Shown: positions 1 through 14,844 of the stretch, in pieces
Layout of the letters: each line of letters starts with the position of its first letter
Numbering within the stretch: position 1 is the stretch's first letter
NCBI GenBank assembly: GCA_964035575.1
Contig: OZ037836.1
Location: forward strand, 1,798,001 to 1,862,000
Direction of reading: 5' to 3'
DNA: 64,000 nt
Source: Rhynchopus sp. YZ270_cl-10
Lineage: Eukaryota
Position numbers and translations under genes: made by a program
The notes under the pieces: model-generated
Databases searched by the model: none
What the model was told of the DNA's origin: nothing
Seen by the model: only the letters and a program-made list of their open reading frames with translations

Positions 1-3000
1 GAGTGCGTGACGCATGGGGCTGTGTGCACGAACGCTGGACAGAAGTGTGTTGACGCGGACCACAGTGCGATGATGAACTGGCAGTGCGAGTGTGTTGTGG
101 GCCCCCCGAAGACGGGTGCGCAGGGCGTTGCGGTGTGCGAGATTGACGAGTGCATTGAGATCTGCCCGACGTGTGCGACCGACAACGGGACGACTGTGTG
201 CGCAGAGGCGGGGCAGGACTGTGCAGACCCGAACACGGCTGGGACAAGCCTGAGCGACTGGACGTGCACATGCCCGCTGCCGAGCCAGGGCACCGCTGTC
301 GGCGGCCCTGTGGCGAAGTGTCTGCTGGACGAGTGCGCGGAGCCGCCCCCAGGTGTGCCCTGCGCAACGTGTGCGAAGGGGGCGTGTGGGGACCAGACGT
401 GCGAGGACCCGGACCAGTCGCCGACATCGGTGAACGACTGGCGCTGCGTGTGTCTGCCGCCGTCGAACACAGTGGCGATTGGGAACCGTGCGACGTGCGA
501 GATTGACGAGTGCGACGGGAAGGTGTGCGCGCTGGGGCAGCACTGCTACGACCCCGACCTGACTGCGTCGGACACGTGGCAGTGTGAGTGTGTTGCGCCT
601 GCGACCGGGACCCAGCTTATGGGGAACGCGACGTGTGAGGAGGACGAGTGCCAGGAGCACGAGGAGGTGTGCATGCGTGCCGGGCAGTCATGCACGGACC
701 CGAACAAGCAGGTGCACGACAACTGGCTGTGCGAGTGCATTGCGCCGGACCTGGGTTTGCCCGGGGCGCAGAAGCCTGCAGAGTGCAAGCCGTCGGAGGA
801 GTGCAAGGACAACACCCTGTGCAGTGGTGCCGGACAGCACTGTGTGGACCCGAACGCAGCGGTGCTGGACGACTGGCAGTGCCAGTGCATTGCGCCGCTG
901 ACGGGGGCATCTGTGACGAAGGGGGTCGCAGACTGCACGATTGACGAGTGCCTGGAGGTGTGCCCGACGTGCGCAAGGCAGACGGGGGCGGCAACGAAAT
1001 TGTGCGAGCTGCACGGGCAGACGTGTGAGGAGCCGGACACGAAGACGCTGAACGACTGGCGCTGTGTCTGTGTGCTACCTGCGACGGGCACGCCCGGAGT
1101 GACGGCACCCGCAAACTGCCTTTTGGACGAGTGTGTGGCGACCTGCGACAGCTGTGCGATGAACACGTGCTCGGACAAGGGACAGCTGTGCGAGGACCCG
1201 AACACGGACCCGAAGTACAAGCGCGACTGGCTGTGCAAGTGCGCCCCGCCGTCGACGAACACGATGACCGCGGGGGCGGTGGCAACGTGCATGTACGACG
1301 AGTGCAGCGCACCGGGGAACCAGGACGTGTGCGGGACGGGCCAGCTGTGTGTGGACACGAACCAGGGTGAGGAGGGGACCTGGGAGTGCTCGTGCCCGGC
1401 ACCGTACAGTGGGTCGGCGGCACAGGCGGCTGTTGGGAAGTGCTCGCTGAACGAGTGCACAACGAAGTGCAGCGGGTGTGCGGACAAAGACAACGGCCAG
1501 GGGAACGTGTGCACACGCGAGGACCAGACCTGCGTGGACCCGGACATCCACAACGACGGGGACTGGTACTGCGAGTGCAAGGTGGGGACTGGGCTGGCTG
1601 TCGGGAAGCCCGTTGTGCTGTGCGTGCTTGACGAGTGTGCTGTGGCGTGCCCGACGTGTGCGGATACCGGAGGCGGGAACCTGTGCACGAAGGAGGGACA
1701 GACGTGCAAGGACGTGAACACTGCGGCAGACTCGAAGGGGGACTGGGAGTGCCGCTGCCCGCCGCCGTTTGAGGAGAAGTTTGTGAAGGCTGGGCTGGCG
1801 GTGTGCAGTGTCGACGAGTGTGCTGACATGCTGGGCGGGAAGGTGAACGGGGCTGTGTGTGTGGACAACGGGCAGCTGTGCCACGACTCGCACCTCGACA
1901 CGCTGAACGACTTTGACTGCGTGTGCCCGCCGCCGCGCCACGGAACGAAGACGGGGGCACCTGCAGAGTGTGTAAAGGACGAGTGCCTGCTGCACGAGGA
2001 TGTGTGCAAGGGGGCGAACCAGACCTGTCTGGACATCGACACCCAGGTGGACAACAACTGGGAGTGCCTGTGCGCACCGCCGTCGTCGAGCACGCAGCTG
2101 ATGGGGGCCGCTGTGTGCGAGGTGGACGAGTGTGTGGAGAACAGGCGCATCTGCGAGGGTGCGTCGCCGCCGCAGGAGTGTGTCGACGTGGACCGCACCC
2201 GCGACGACGACTGGGAGTGCAGGTGCCAGGTGCCGGCATCGGGCACTGCTGTGGCTGCTGCTGCGGCGTGTGTGCTTGACGAGTGCGTGGCGACGTGCGC
2301 GACGTGTGAGAAGGACCTGTGCACGGGGGCGGGACAGACCTGTGTGGACCCGAACACGGCGTTTGCGAACCAGAACGACTGGGAATGTGTGTGCCCGGTG
2401 CCGTCGTCTGTGACTGCAAAGGTGTCTGTGGCAGAGTGCCCTGTCGACGAGTGTGTGGGACACGGCTACGTGTGCCAGGCCGCACACCAGACGTGTGTGG
2501 ACCCGGACCACGGGGCGACAAGCCTTGGCGACTGGGAGTGCCACTGCCTGGCGCCTGCGACAGGGGTGGCGATTGCAGGCGTGGCGTCGTGCAGTGTTGA
2601 CGAGTGCACGAACCACGGCCACGTGTGCACAGGACACGGGCAGACCTGTGTCGACCCCGACAAAAGTGCGGACGTGCTGCACGACTGGGAGTGCCACTGC
2701 GAGCCCCCGGCGACGCAGACGGCAGTGGCAGCGGCAGCAGAGTGCGTGCACGAGGGGGAGTGCAAGGACCCTGTTAAGGCTGGTGTCTGCGAGAGCCGTG
2801 GGCAGATCTGCGAGGACCCAGACATGACGATCCTGGACGACTGGCGCTGCCTGTGCACGCCGCCGAGCCACGGTCTGCTGAAGGTTGCAGGGCCGGCGTT
2901 CTGCATTCTCGACGAGTGTGTGGACTCGTGTGCGACATGCGCGAAGGACGTGTGCAAGGCAGCGGGACAGACGTGCGTGGACGAGAACAAAGACCCTGTG

Positions 3001-6000
3001 CTTGGACTGAACACATGGGAGTGCAGGTGCATTGCGCCCTCGTCTGGGTCGAAGGTCGCAGGTGCGGCGGTGTGTGTGGAGGACGAGTGCTCGTCGCACG
3101 CGTCGACCTGCACGGGTGCGGGGCAGGACTGCGTCGACCCGTCGACAACGACGAAGGGAGACTGGCGTTGCGAGTGCAGGCAGCCGTCGACTGGGACAGC
3201 AACTGCGGGGGCGGCCAAGTGCTCGACGAACGAGTGCGACTTCCACGAGAAGACGTGTTCCGACGTGGGACAGGTGTGCTACGACCCGGACCTGTCGGCG
3301 CAGTCGCTTGGTGACTGGAACTGCACATGTGTGGCCCCGTACTCTGGGACGCAGGTGGGTGCGGCAGCAAAGTGCCTGGTGGATGAGTGTGAGCTGTACG
3401 GACAGGTGTGCACGGCTGCAGGACAGACCTGTGTTGACGAGGAGAAGGGGATGGCAGGGTTCTGGAAGTGTGTGTGCCCGCCACCGAACGAGAAGTTCAA
3501 GCGTGACATGGGTGTGGCGGACTGCATTGTCGATGAGTGCACGACATGGACGAACACAAGCACCCCGTCTGCGATGCCGTCGAACGACGCGAGGGCGGTG
3601 AACCTGTGCGAGCAGGCTGGGCAAGTGTGCGAGGACCCGAACCACGACGCGTCGTCTGCTGGGGACTGGACGTGCACGTGCCCGCCTCCGGGGAACAGGA
3701 CTGCGCGTGCACACGTGGCGGCGTGCGATATGGACGAGTGCGCGGACCCTGCGAAGGAGGCTGTGTGTGCGGCCAAGGGGCAGCGCTGCGTGGACCCGAA
3801 CTGGGAGCCTGGCCACGAAGGGGACTGGACGTGTGTGTGCGTGCCGCCGTCGGTTGGGACGGGGATGCAGGGGGCGGCCGTGTGCCTGGTCGATGAGTGC
3901 AAGACCGACGGTGGTGTGTGCCAGTCAGGTGGGCAGCTGTGTGTCGACACCGACCATGCGGAGGCTGGGACGTGGGCATGCGAGTGTGTGGCACACGCGG
4001 GTGTGACTGCGTCGGAGCTGGGAGGACTGGCAGACTGCAACCCGCCGTCGAGCGAGTGCAGAATTGACGCCATCCGTGAGGTGTGCACGTCGTCGAACCA
4101 GGGCTGCTACGACCCGGACCTGAAGGCACACAACGACTGGGTGTGCGAGTGCGTGCCGCCTGCGACGGGCCCGCAGAAGCAGGGTGAGGCGACCGTGTGT
4201 GTGCTCGACGAGTGTGCGGAGGAGTGCCCGACGTGCGGGAAGTCGGTGTGCGCGGCCGTGGGGCAGACATGCACAGATGCGAACACGGACGCAGCCTCGC
4301 TGAGCGACTGGACGTGCACATGCCCGACACCCTCGACAGGGTCGAAGAAGGGGGGCGTGGCGGTGTGCCAGCTGGACGAGTGTGCTATGGTGTGCGACGG
4401 CTGCCCGTCGGACATCTGCACTGCGGCACGCACGCAGTGCGAGGACACGAACAAGGACGCGCGTTCGTCCGGTGACTGGGAGTGCGTGTGCCGTGCACCT
4501 GCCCTGGGACGTGTGACACAGGGCGTGCCGGTGTGCCTGATTGACGAGTGCGAGCAGAACGCATACAAGTGCACGAATGGACAGATGTGTGCTGATGCGA
4601 ACAAGCTTGCGGCGTCTGAGGGGGACTGGACGTGCACGTGCCCGCCGCCGACATCTGGGACTGCAGTAGCGAGTGCGGCAGTGTGCTTCGAGAACGAGTG
4701 TCTTGTGGACACGAATGTGGAGACGTGCACTGCAGCGGGGCAGGTGTGCATTGACCCGAAGCCGCAGCCGACGAACAAGGGTGACTGGGAGTGCCACTGC
4801 GCGCAGGGGAAGACCTTTGCTGTGGCGGCGGCAGCAGTCTGTGTGCTGGACGAGTGTGCGGAGCAGTGCACGTCGTGTGCGGACAGCGGGGGCGGGAACG
4901 TGTGTGCGAAAGCCGGGCAGCTCTGCACGGACCCGAACACGTCGCCGGAGAGCACACGTGACTGGAAGTGCCAGTGTGCGGCAGGGTCGAAGGCTGCGCT
5001 TGGTGGCCCTGCGACGTGCGAGGTGGACGAGTGCTGGCAGCCAAGCAACTTTGGTGCACACACGTGCCATGACACACCGCAGACGACAGTCGACGGGTGT
5101 GCGTGCCAGTGTGGCTGGCAGGTGCAGGATGCGGCACAGTACCCAGGGGCACATGGCCCTGGTATTGAGGTGGGCTGTCTGGCAGGGTGCTGCAACCCGA
5201 ACGTTGTGGCGTCGGGGGCGTGGTGCCTGCTGGAGCCTGTGCAGACGACAGCCGTGTGCCAGGACCTTGTGACTGCGGGGGAGATGGTGCAGACGTGCGC
5301 GGTGCTTGCGTCGGGGGTGGCACCGGCGAACCCGGAGAACGTGTGCTCGAGGGCGGGCCAGCTGTGCGTCGACCCGGACACAAGTGCGATGAGCTCGGGT
5401 GACTGGCGGTGCGAGTGCATTGCACCGTCGAGTGGGGACCCGAGTGTCGGGAAGATTGGGTCGTGTGTGGTGGACGAGTGCGAAGCGAACGGGCAGGTGT
5501 GCTCTGTGGCGGGTCAGCTGTGCAAGGACACGGACAAGACGTCGGAGAACACGTGGACGTGTGTGTGCCCGTCGCCTGCGACAGGGTCTGCGACCGGGAA
5601 GGCGGCGATGTGCGTGTACGTGGGTGAGTGCGAGACGGCAAGCATTGCGGAGGTGTGTGCGCAGATGGGGCAGACGTGCTACGACCCGGACGCATCTGTG
5701 ACTGGGAACTGGGTGTGCAAGTGCGTGGAGCCGTCGACGGGTGTGCCTGCGCTCATGACGACGGCGACGTGTGTGCTGGACGAATGCACGGCGCAGTGCC
5801 CGACGTGTGCGGACAAGGGGTTCGGGAACCTGTGCGATGTGGCCGGGCAGCACTGCGTGGAGTCGTCGACGTCGCCTGCAAATGTTGAGGACTGGATGTG
5901 CAAGTGTGTTGGGGACGCAGTTGGGGAGTCTGTGGCGTCTGTGGCCGTGTGCATGCTGGACGAGTGCAAGATGAACAACGGGCGCCTGGCACAGCTGTGC

Positions 6001-9000
6001 GGTGCGGCGGGGCAGACCTGCAACGACCCGAACAAAGCGGTGCTCGGGGGGCTGGACGACTGGGAGTGCGTGTGCCCGCCACCGGGGATCGGGCGTATGA
6101 CGGGGAAGCTTGCGACGTGTCTGCGTGATGAGTGCATGGAGGAGGACGTGGCTGTGGTGTGCACGGCGGCAGGACAGACGTGCCAGGACCCGAACACGGA
6201 CGCACGCAGCACCGGGGACTGGACGTGCGCGTGCTCGGCGAAGCCAGGTGAGACACCGAAGGTGGCGGAGGGGGAGCCCGCAAAGTGCGTGCTGCCACCG
6301 AGCTCGTGGTGCGTGCAGCACGGCGACACGTGCACGTTCGTGGGACAGGCGTGTGTGCCTGCAGCAAGCATTCTGGATGCCGGCTCGTGTGCGTGCATTG
6401 CACCGCAGACAGGGCCGACAAAGGTTGGGGCGGCAACAGTGTGCATCCTGGACGAGTGCACGGCGGTTTGTGCGACGTGTGCTGACCACGGTGCCGGGAA
6501 CATGTGCACAAAGGCGGGACAGACGTGCCAGGAGGGAAGCATGAACCCCGTGACTGGGAAGGGGGACTGGCGCTGCAAGTGTGCCGGCTCGGACATGTCG
6601 GCGGTGGCGGCAGTGGCGGTGTGCACCGTGAACGAGTGTGACACAGACCCAAAGGCAAAGGTGTGCGCAGCTGCGGAGCAGACGTGCACAGACAAGAACA
6701 CAGCTGGGGACTCGCTGAACGACTGGATGTGCGCGTGCCACGAGCCCTGGACGGGGAGCAAGATGCTCGGGGCTGCGGACTGCAAGTTTGACGAGTGCCT
6801 GTTCGCCGGGAGTGAGTGCACGGCGCTTGGGCAGACGTGCTTCGACAAGGACACGTCGGCTCAGGTGCGTGGGGACTGGGAGTGCCGCTGTGTGGCACCT
6901 GCAGAGGGGTTCGCTGTTGCGAAGGCGGCGACGTGTGTGTACACGGGGGAGTGCGAGGTGCAGGCGAACAAGGAGGTGTGCACGTCGGCAGGACAGACCT
7001 GTGTGGACCCGAACCCGGCTGTGGCGGACGACTGGGAGTGCCGCTGCGTGTCGCCGCAGGCAGGATCACACACAAAGGCGGCGGTGGCGGTGTGCACGCT
7101 GGACGAGTGCCGTGCGACGTGCGCCTCGTGTGCGACGAAGCCAGGGTCGCAGACACACACATGCGCGTCTGCGGAGCAGGACTGCGTGGACCCGGACACG
7201 GCGGCGACGAGCATTGCGGACTGGACGTGTGTGTGCCGTGCGCCTGCGTCTGGGGAGATGGTGGGTGCGGCGGCTGTGTGCAGCGTGGACGAGTGCTACA
7301 ACGCAGAGAACCGTGCGTCGTGCTCGCGTGTGAAGGACACAACGGGGGCGGAGGTGCAGCACTGTGTGGACAAGGACTACACAAAGACCGGGGACTGGGT
7401 GTGCGAGTGCATGTACCCGTACCACGGAACGGCGGGACAGCGTGAGGCGGCGGTGTGCCTGGTCGACGAGTGCACGGCACCGGAGGCGTGGAGCAAGAAG
7501 CCGAACGGAAACGCGGTGTGTGGGGCGCAGGGACAGACCTGCCTCGACCCACAGCAGGGTGTGGCGTCGGAGCTTGGGAACTGGGTGTGCCAGTGTGCGG
7601 ACGGGACTGGGGAGCCGAACAGGGGTGCGCCGTCGACGACGTGCAAGCAGGACACACTGTGTGCGCAGTTCGGGTCTGCGTGCGGACCGCTCGAGATGTG
7701 CGTGGAGAAGTCGGAGGTGTGGTCGTGCAGGTGCATTGCGCCCTTCGTGGGTGAGGCTGTTGAGGAGGCGGCGTCCTGTGTGCTGGACGAGTGCGTGGCG
7801 GAGTGCACGACGTGTGCACAGCAGGGGTCGGTGCACATGTGCACGCAGGCCGGGCAGAAGTGCGTGGACCACGACAAGTCACCGGACAGCCGTTCCGACT
7901 GGTCGTGCGTGTGCGAGGTCGGGAAGGGCGAAGCTGCTCTGCACATGGCGGAGTGCATGGTTGACGAGTGCGTGCTGAACGGGGTGACGTGCGAGGGGAA
8001 GGGCCAGGAGTGCGTCGACCCGGACATGCATGCCGAGACAAGCGGAGACTGGGTGTGCCAGTGCATTGCGCCTGCGTCTGGGAAGGCTGTGGCCGGACCT
8101 GCGACGTGTCTGCTGGATGAGTGCAACCTGTACGGCGGGAAGTGCACAGTGGTGGGACAGGTGTGCATTGACCAGAACACGGCCCCGGCAAGTCTGAACG
8201 ACTGGACGTGCAACTGTCCGGCACCTGCGTCGGGGTTCATGTACGCAGGACCTGCGTCGTGCACGTACACGGGGGCGTGCAAGGATGCTGCAAACTTCGA
8301 TGTGTGTGCGGACGCGGGCCAGCGCTGCTTCCCAGGGATTTCGTCGGCAGACGACTTCAGGTGTGGGTGTATACCGCCGTACCGTGGGTCTGCTGGGGTG
8401 CGTGCCCCTGCACAGTGCATGATCGACGAGTGTGAGGACATCTGTGCAACGTGTGCGCGCACGAGCGAGAAGGGTGTGAACGTCTGTGCGGGTGCGGGCC
8501 AGCGTTGCGAGGACCCGAACCTGTCTGTACAGAGCCTGGGTGACTGGGTGTGCATGTGCCAGGCCCCGTCGACAACAGCGGCCGTTGCGCGTGCTGTTGA
8601 CAGCTGCCTTGTGGACGAGTGCCTTGCCATCACCATGACAGGTGCACGCAAGTGTGACAACTTCAAGCGCTACACGAACGACGGCTGCGAGTGTGCGTGC
8701 GGCTGGAAGGTCAGCGGCATCAGCGGCAGCGGTGCCGGCCTGGACGAGCCCTGCAACACAGGCTGCTGCAACCCAGACAAGGCAAAGGAGGGAGACTGGT
8801 GCATTGTTGCCGACAGTGCCTTCAACAAGCAGAGCGCTGTCTGCACTGCCCTTATCAGCAAGCAGAAGACGTGTGCGAACGAGCGTGCACCTGCCCCTGC
8901 AGGCGCACCTGTGAGCGAGTTTGTCGATGTGTGTGCTGCCGCTGGCCAGCGTTGCTACGACCCGAACCACTCCCCAAGTGTGCAGGGTGACTGGGAGTGC

Positions 9001-10851
9001 CACTGCACAACCTCTGAGGAGTACCACATCCTTGCCCCGGCTAAGTGCAGCGTGGACGAGTGCCAGCAGGTCACAGTGTGCTCGGAGGTTGGGCAGAAGT
9101 GCTTTGACAAGAACACCGATGCGGAGTCGAAGGGCGACTGGGAGTGCCAGTGTCTGTCAGGAAGCGGGGCGAAGGACATGGCTGCTGCAGAGTGTGTGTA
9201 CGACGGCCACGACGAGTGCCAGGTTGAGGCAAACCAGAAGATCTGCCTGGAAGCTGGACAGTACTGCTTCGACGAGGACCCTGAGCTGGCGGGTGACTGG
9301 GTGTGCCACTGCACAGACCCTTACGTGCAGGAGGCACCGGGCATCACGGAGCCTGCTGTCTGTGTGATTGACGAGTGCCTGGCGACGTGCCCGACGTGCG
9401 CAAGGAAGGGAGACGGCCACGGCTACGCCTGCGAAGGACAGCAGTGTGTCGACCCGTCAGGAACGGAGCTTGGGGACTGGCGCTGCGGCTGCCTTGCCCC
9501 TGCCCTGGGCGCTGGCCTGCAGGAGCGTGCAGTGTGTGTGCAGGACGAGTGTCTCGACACACAGAACTTGCAGACGTGCACAGACAAGGGACAGGAGTGC
9601 GTGGACCTGCACCCAAGCGACACAAGCCTGAACGACTGGGAGTGCCACTGCGTGCGACCGGCCCTGGGGTCGGCCATTGGCCACGCAGCAGTGTGCCAGA
9701 TCAACGAGTGTTTGACGGAGGCACACATGCAGCTGTGCCACGAGCAGGGGCAGATGTGCTTCGACCCTGACACAACAGCAGAGTCGACAGACGACTGGAT
9801 CTGCAGATGCCCGGCCCCTGCTATTGGAAGTGCTGTCATGAAGCCTGCGGAGTGCGTCTTTGTTGGGGAGTGTGCGAAGCCGGAGATTGCAGCTGTGTGC
9901 ATTGCGGTGGAGCAGACGTGCGTCGACACGGACGTGGCACAGGACGGGACCTGGGTGTGCAGCTGTGTGGCACCGAAGACAGGGACGAACGGGCTCATGG
10001 GCCCTGCGGAGTGTGGGATTGACGAGTGCCAGGCTGAGTGCAAGACGTGTGAGCAGGACGTGTGCAAGGAGGCCGGACAGGACTGCTACGACCCGGACGT
10101 CACGGTTGAGGGTGACTGGATGTGCGCATGCAAGGGCGGCACTGGGGACAAGATCACGGCGGCTCCAGCAGTGTGCACAGGTGTTGTGTGTACGACGCTG
10201 GGTGCTCAGGAGTGCACAGCTGCACCCGAGTGTGTGTACGAGAGCTACTACGGCCTTTGCGACTACGTCAGAGGAGCACCGGAATGGAACACAACTGCAC
10301 CGGCACGTCCGATTGGCGAGGGTGAGGACGACGACGACTGCACCTTCTGGGAGTGCTGGTGGTGGCTGCTTCTGCTCCTCCTCCTGTCCTGCTGCCTCCT
10401 GCTTGCCTTCCTCCTGTTCCGCTTCAGACAGAAGCAGCAGCAGAACGACAGTGACGACAACAAGTGGAACAAGCAGTTCCAGGCTCAGATAGGCGACGAC
10501 GAGAACGACTACGGCCTGGTATGTGCTTCTTTGTTGTTCTCAGTGGTATAAGCGGGTTCAGTTGCTTATTCTCGACATGGCAGTCATATCGCGCAAGTCT
10601 TTGCATGAAGGCGACCACAATCTGTTCTTGTCACATATTGCGTGTGTTTCATGCACATCATTGCAGCATCACAATACCCGAGATCACGCACCACATATCT
10701 TCGGCAAGTATTTTCCACACATTTTGTCAAATTACTGATTTCAAACCACACCACACCACAGTCGGAACGCTCACCCCAGGGCAGTGCAGGGGGCACAGAG
10801 GAGCCGCTTCTGGAGATGTCTGCAAACCCACGTGACAACGACGACATCTAG
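1..10851 (+). CDS. Giant cysteine-rich EGF-like repeat type I membrane protein, 5'-partial; exons <1..10518 and 10762..10851
   Basis: The frame is open from base 1. It contains dozens of ~50-aa repeats (DEC...C..AGQxCxDP....DWxCxC..P..G), a hydrophobic TM segment WWWLLLLLLLSCCLLLAFLLF (~10357-10420) and a basic stop-transfer RFRQK. A GT donor at 10519 and a CAG acceptor at 10759-10761 join in phase 0 to SERSPQ...DNDDI*. Confidence 0.9.
10519..10761 (+). other. GT-AG intron (243 nt) in the Cys-rich protein gene
   Basis: CTG|GTATGT ... CCACAG|TCG. Composition becomes more AT-rich, and splicing gives a GC-rich in-frame terminal exon. Confidence 0.75.
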
Positions 10852-13800
10852 GGTGGTGCAGCAGTGCACAGGCACGACCCCCTCGCAGTACACCAACGCT
10901 GTGCACCCATCTCCTCTCGCCTCCACGTATAGTTGTGCACGTCTTCACAAAAGTGTTTTTTTCTCTGTTTTCATACAATGTGTAAGACGCCCCTCGCCCT
11001 CCCTCCCCATCCCCATCCACTCCCGACCACACCGTTTCATTCTAGCGTAGGCGTCTGAAGCATTCGCAGGCTGGAGAAAAATATTTCATCTTTGACTACA
11101 AACTTTGTGGAAACCCCGCGCAGCTGATGCTGTGCGATACCAAATGTGCTCAAAGGTAGTGACTTAAGCAGCGAGAGGCTAATAGGTCCTTTCGTTACAA
11201 ACTTTTTTTATTCTGTCTGCGTCTGAAGCATTCGCACTGACTTCACTTGGTATGCATTGTGAGCACACTTTGCGATGTGACGAGAAGTGTTCTTCTTACT
11301 GTGAACTGCTTATGTATAAGTGTAAACGCTCCGGGGTTCGATATCCCGCGGAGTGCCAGTTGCCAGCCTATCCATAGAAGTTTGCACTATCAACTCCACG
11401 TTTACTTGATTCCTGCGACTTAGTGTTTTATTTGCTTTTCCCGATCACTCACGTCCCACCCACCCCCTTTGCATGAGCTTGACATGAGATGCAGTTTTAG
11501 CACGCTTCACCTGCTCATTCTGTTAGCAAATAGTGTACTATTTGTGTGACTGAGTGTGGGGGATGCGTTCAAGAATTAATCTCTTCCCCCCAAGCCCCCT
11601 TTCATCTCTAGTTTTTCTTTTATCCAAACGTCGAATGGACGCGTAATAATTTTTTCCACTGCGGATGGCCCCCTTAGTGACTATGCCCTCCCTTTATTCT
11701 TGGGCGGGTTTTGTTCTTGTATTTTCCCCCCCCTCCCGTCGACAGTTTTTATGGGTCTTCCCCTCGCGAAAGACAACCATTATTTGCGTGAACACACCAA
11801 AAAAAAAGACACGGTGGAGTTCATCCTCGGGTGTCTACACTAATACAACCAAGTTTTCAAAAAAAAGACAAAAACAATTGTCGTGTCCTTGAATGGATCG
11901 GTAATCCACGTTTGCGTTTTTTAGTTACTTTTTTTTTTGCTTCTCAAATAGGGAGAGAGTGTGATCTGGGGGTGAGGAAGCGTTCCAACTTTTCAACCTC
12001 TTCCCCAATTTTACCTTTCGCGCTTTTTTTACCCTCCCCCGTTTTTAGAATCAACAGAGAGTGTACGTTAAGATTTTGCTTCTCAAATAGTGAGAGAGTG
12101 ACAGAGTACAACTAACAAACTCTCCCCCTATTTCGTTTCCCGTTTTTCCTGTGTGGGCGAAGATAGTTATTGACACCGTAGTATTTCTTCTCAAATAGTG
12201 AGAGAGAGAGAGAGTACAAAGAAATAGGAAAAGGCTTGTGCTACTCCGTGTCAAACACGTCTCCCAGCGTAACGACCACTTGACGCACCCTGCTTTCGTA
12301 TCTACGCTGCTTTGTTCATTTCATTTTTTTTTTTCCTTCGATAACCCGTGGAGTGTCAAGGTGCCTGCGTCCCAGAAGCGTTTTGCACTATCAACTTCAC
12401 TTTATTGTTTCTATGAGAGGCATCTTCATCGTATCTTAGTTTTTTTTTTTTTGGGAACATTTTTATTGATCCCTCCTATGCTATCAATTTATTGAGAGCA
12501 TATGATGAAATACTGTTTTGTTTGTTTCTCGTATTTTTTTTCTGTTTCTGTTTTTTCTGCATAGCTCAAAAATAGCCTGTAACACAAAACCCACTTCTGT
12601 TTTTGGGCATCGTGCCTGAAATTCTAGAATTTAAGTTTCTATTTATCAAAAAATAAACCCCCCCCTTCCTCACGTCTGTCTTACATCGTCTTGCAGAGCG
12701 GGAGTGGGACAGGTGGGCCTCTGAAGTCCATACGGAACCCTTCGCTTTGTGCTCTCCCCCCTTTTCATTTTTACGTTAGTTTCTGCTAAGGAAACAACGT
12801 CTTTTTAAGTACAAAAATTGTGTTGTAAATTGAAGGTCAACAAAAAACGTAGGGAAAATGCTAGCTGTTTTATGTGTGGGGGAGGATGCAGTGTATTGGG
12901 AGTGGTGCAAAAAAAAGGTTACGCTGTTCACGGATGAAGCATTTGTGAGCTTTTGTAGCGTTTCAGCAGGTCGCACCTCCCCAAACCCCCCCCTATTTTG
13001 TGAGCGGAAAGTGTCACGTCGTTCCGGCAGCAACCCGTCTGTTTTTTGTTGGGTGTGTCTCTCTCAGTCTCAGTCTTCTGTCTTTTTTTATTTTTATTTT
13101 TTTTTGTCCCATCACTCATTTCTTTTTGAACGTATATTCCTCATTTTGAAGTGGGGGGGTCTTCCACCCCCCGCGAACGTTTACCCTCCTCTCCCCTTCT
13201 CCACTCATCCCCAGTAGTGGTGGCTGTATCGTAATAATTTTTTTTTTGCCTATCACAATACATAATACACAAATACAGCTACTACATCCCAGCGCCCTTT
13301 CAGTAAGGCCTCAAGAAGAAATGCTTTGAAAGTTGATTAAGCCCAAGAGGCTTTTGGTTCATCTTATCAAACCTATTTGTTTTCTTCTTCTTCATCTTTT
13401 TGTTTTGTTCACTTTAGGCGTCTTGACGTTTATTCATACTTTACCCCCCTTTTTAGTGTTGTGGAAATTATTTTCAAATGCTTTTTCTGTTCAACAGAAT
13501 AAAACAGCATTTGGCATAATATGTTGGGTATGGAACCCCTGCCTCGTTCTCCTGTTTGAGAATGCCGGCGGGGTTGCGACCACGAACTTTCAAAAAAGGT
13601 TGTGTGTGCACAACAAGGGGCCACACATCTTTTATATTTTTTCTTTCCTCTGTACTTCCTCTTTTGCTTTTCATATTTTTTTTTTTTGTCGCAGAAGCCA
13701 GTCCTTGGCCTTTTCCTCTCCACGCACGCACGTTCGGAGAGGTACTAAGGTCTCGAGAGTGTGACTGACGACAATCCAAGAACAAAAGACCTGTCTGTGT

Positions 13801-14844
13801 CTTTTTATTTTATTTTATTTTGCAGCGGACCCAAGTGTCAGCGCAAAAAAAATAATAAAAACCCCTTTCATCTTTTGTTTAGTTGGTACGCTACCCACGT
13901 CATACACGCTTTTTTTTTTTTTTTTTTTTTTTTCTACCCCCAAAACGTCCAGAAAAGGATGTCAAAAGGGGAAAAAACCCTTAGCCTGAAGTACAGAAAT
14001 GAGGTGAGTGCACAATAATAGGGGAAAGGAATAAACTACAAGTCTCAGATGTTTTAATCATTTCCCACCACAAAGTATTTGTCCTAATAAAAGAAAAAAA
14101 AACACCTTGGAAAGTGGAGCACATCCTCGGGTGTCTACACTAAGCACAACCAAGTTTTCAAAAAAAAAGCAGTGGGTGCCCCTGTCTGTGTCCCCCCCTT
14201 TTCTCACTCCCTCTTCTCTCTAGGGATAGTGGCATTCTGAGGGACATCTGGCAAAGCACTCCAATTAAAGTATACCCCCTTCCCCCTAGGCATACCCCCC
14301 GAAGGTGAATTTGTATTCGCCCTATATTCGGGGCCCTTCTCCCCTCCCCCTTTTTTGGCAGATGACTAAGCAGAAGCTTCGGATCATCTTACAAACTTTT
14401 TTTTCTCCAGCGCCCTGCATCCTCCAGGGTGTACGGGTGTAGGTATTTGTACTTTTTTTTCAAATTTTTCTGTTTTTTTTTGCTTTCCTGTTTCCCCCCC
14501 TCCCTCCTCCTCTCCCCTGATCCCCTCTGTCACACCTATCCGTTCCCCTTCCCACGGCCCTGATATCGTATTCTATAATTTGGCAACATACCGCAGCTCA
14601 TGGCTCGCACGACGGTGAAGTAAAATAGCATTGATTTGCCAGTTTTCCTTTACAATCGTGCGTGCGATAGGTAAATGTTGTTCTGTAGATGACGATTTTT
14701 TTTTTGTGGAAAAAATGGGAAGAAAACCAAAACGGAGGAAGCTTCTGTGAGGCTTTGCTGACATTTGGGTTATAGATCCTTAATGCTGGAAAGGTGTCAA
14801 GTGATCGTCCATACAAAAAAAAAAAGAAAAGGAAAGAAAAGATG

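Noticed and set aside
546..10067. Long antisense and alternate-frame ORFs over the Cys-rich gene and the LINE
   Set aside because: Shadow ORFs caused by high GC and codon bias, with no recognisable motifs.
11325..11360. GGGGTTCGATATCCCGCGGAGTGCCA, resembling a tRNA T-arm/B-box
   Set aside because: I could not build a cloverleaf or find a properly spaced A-box.
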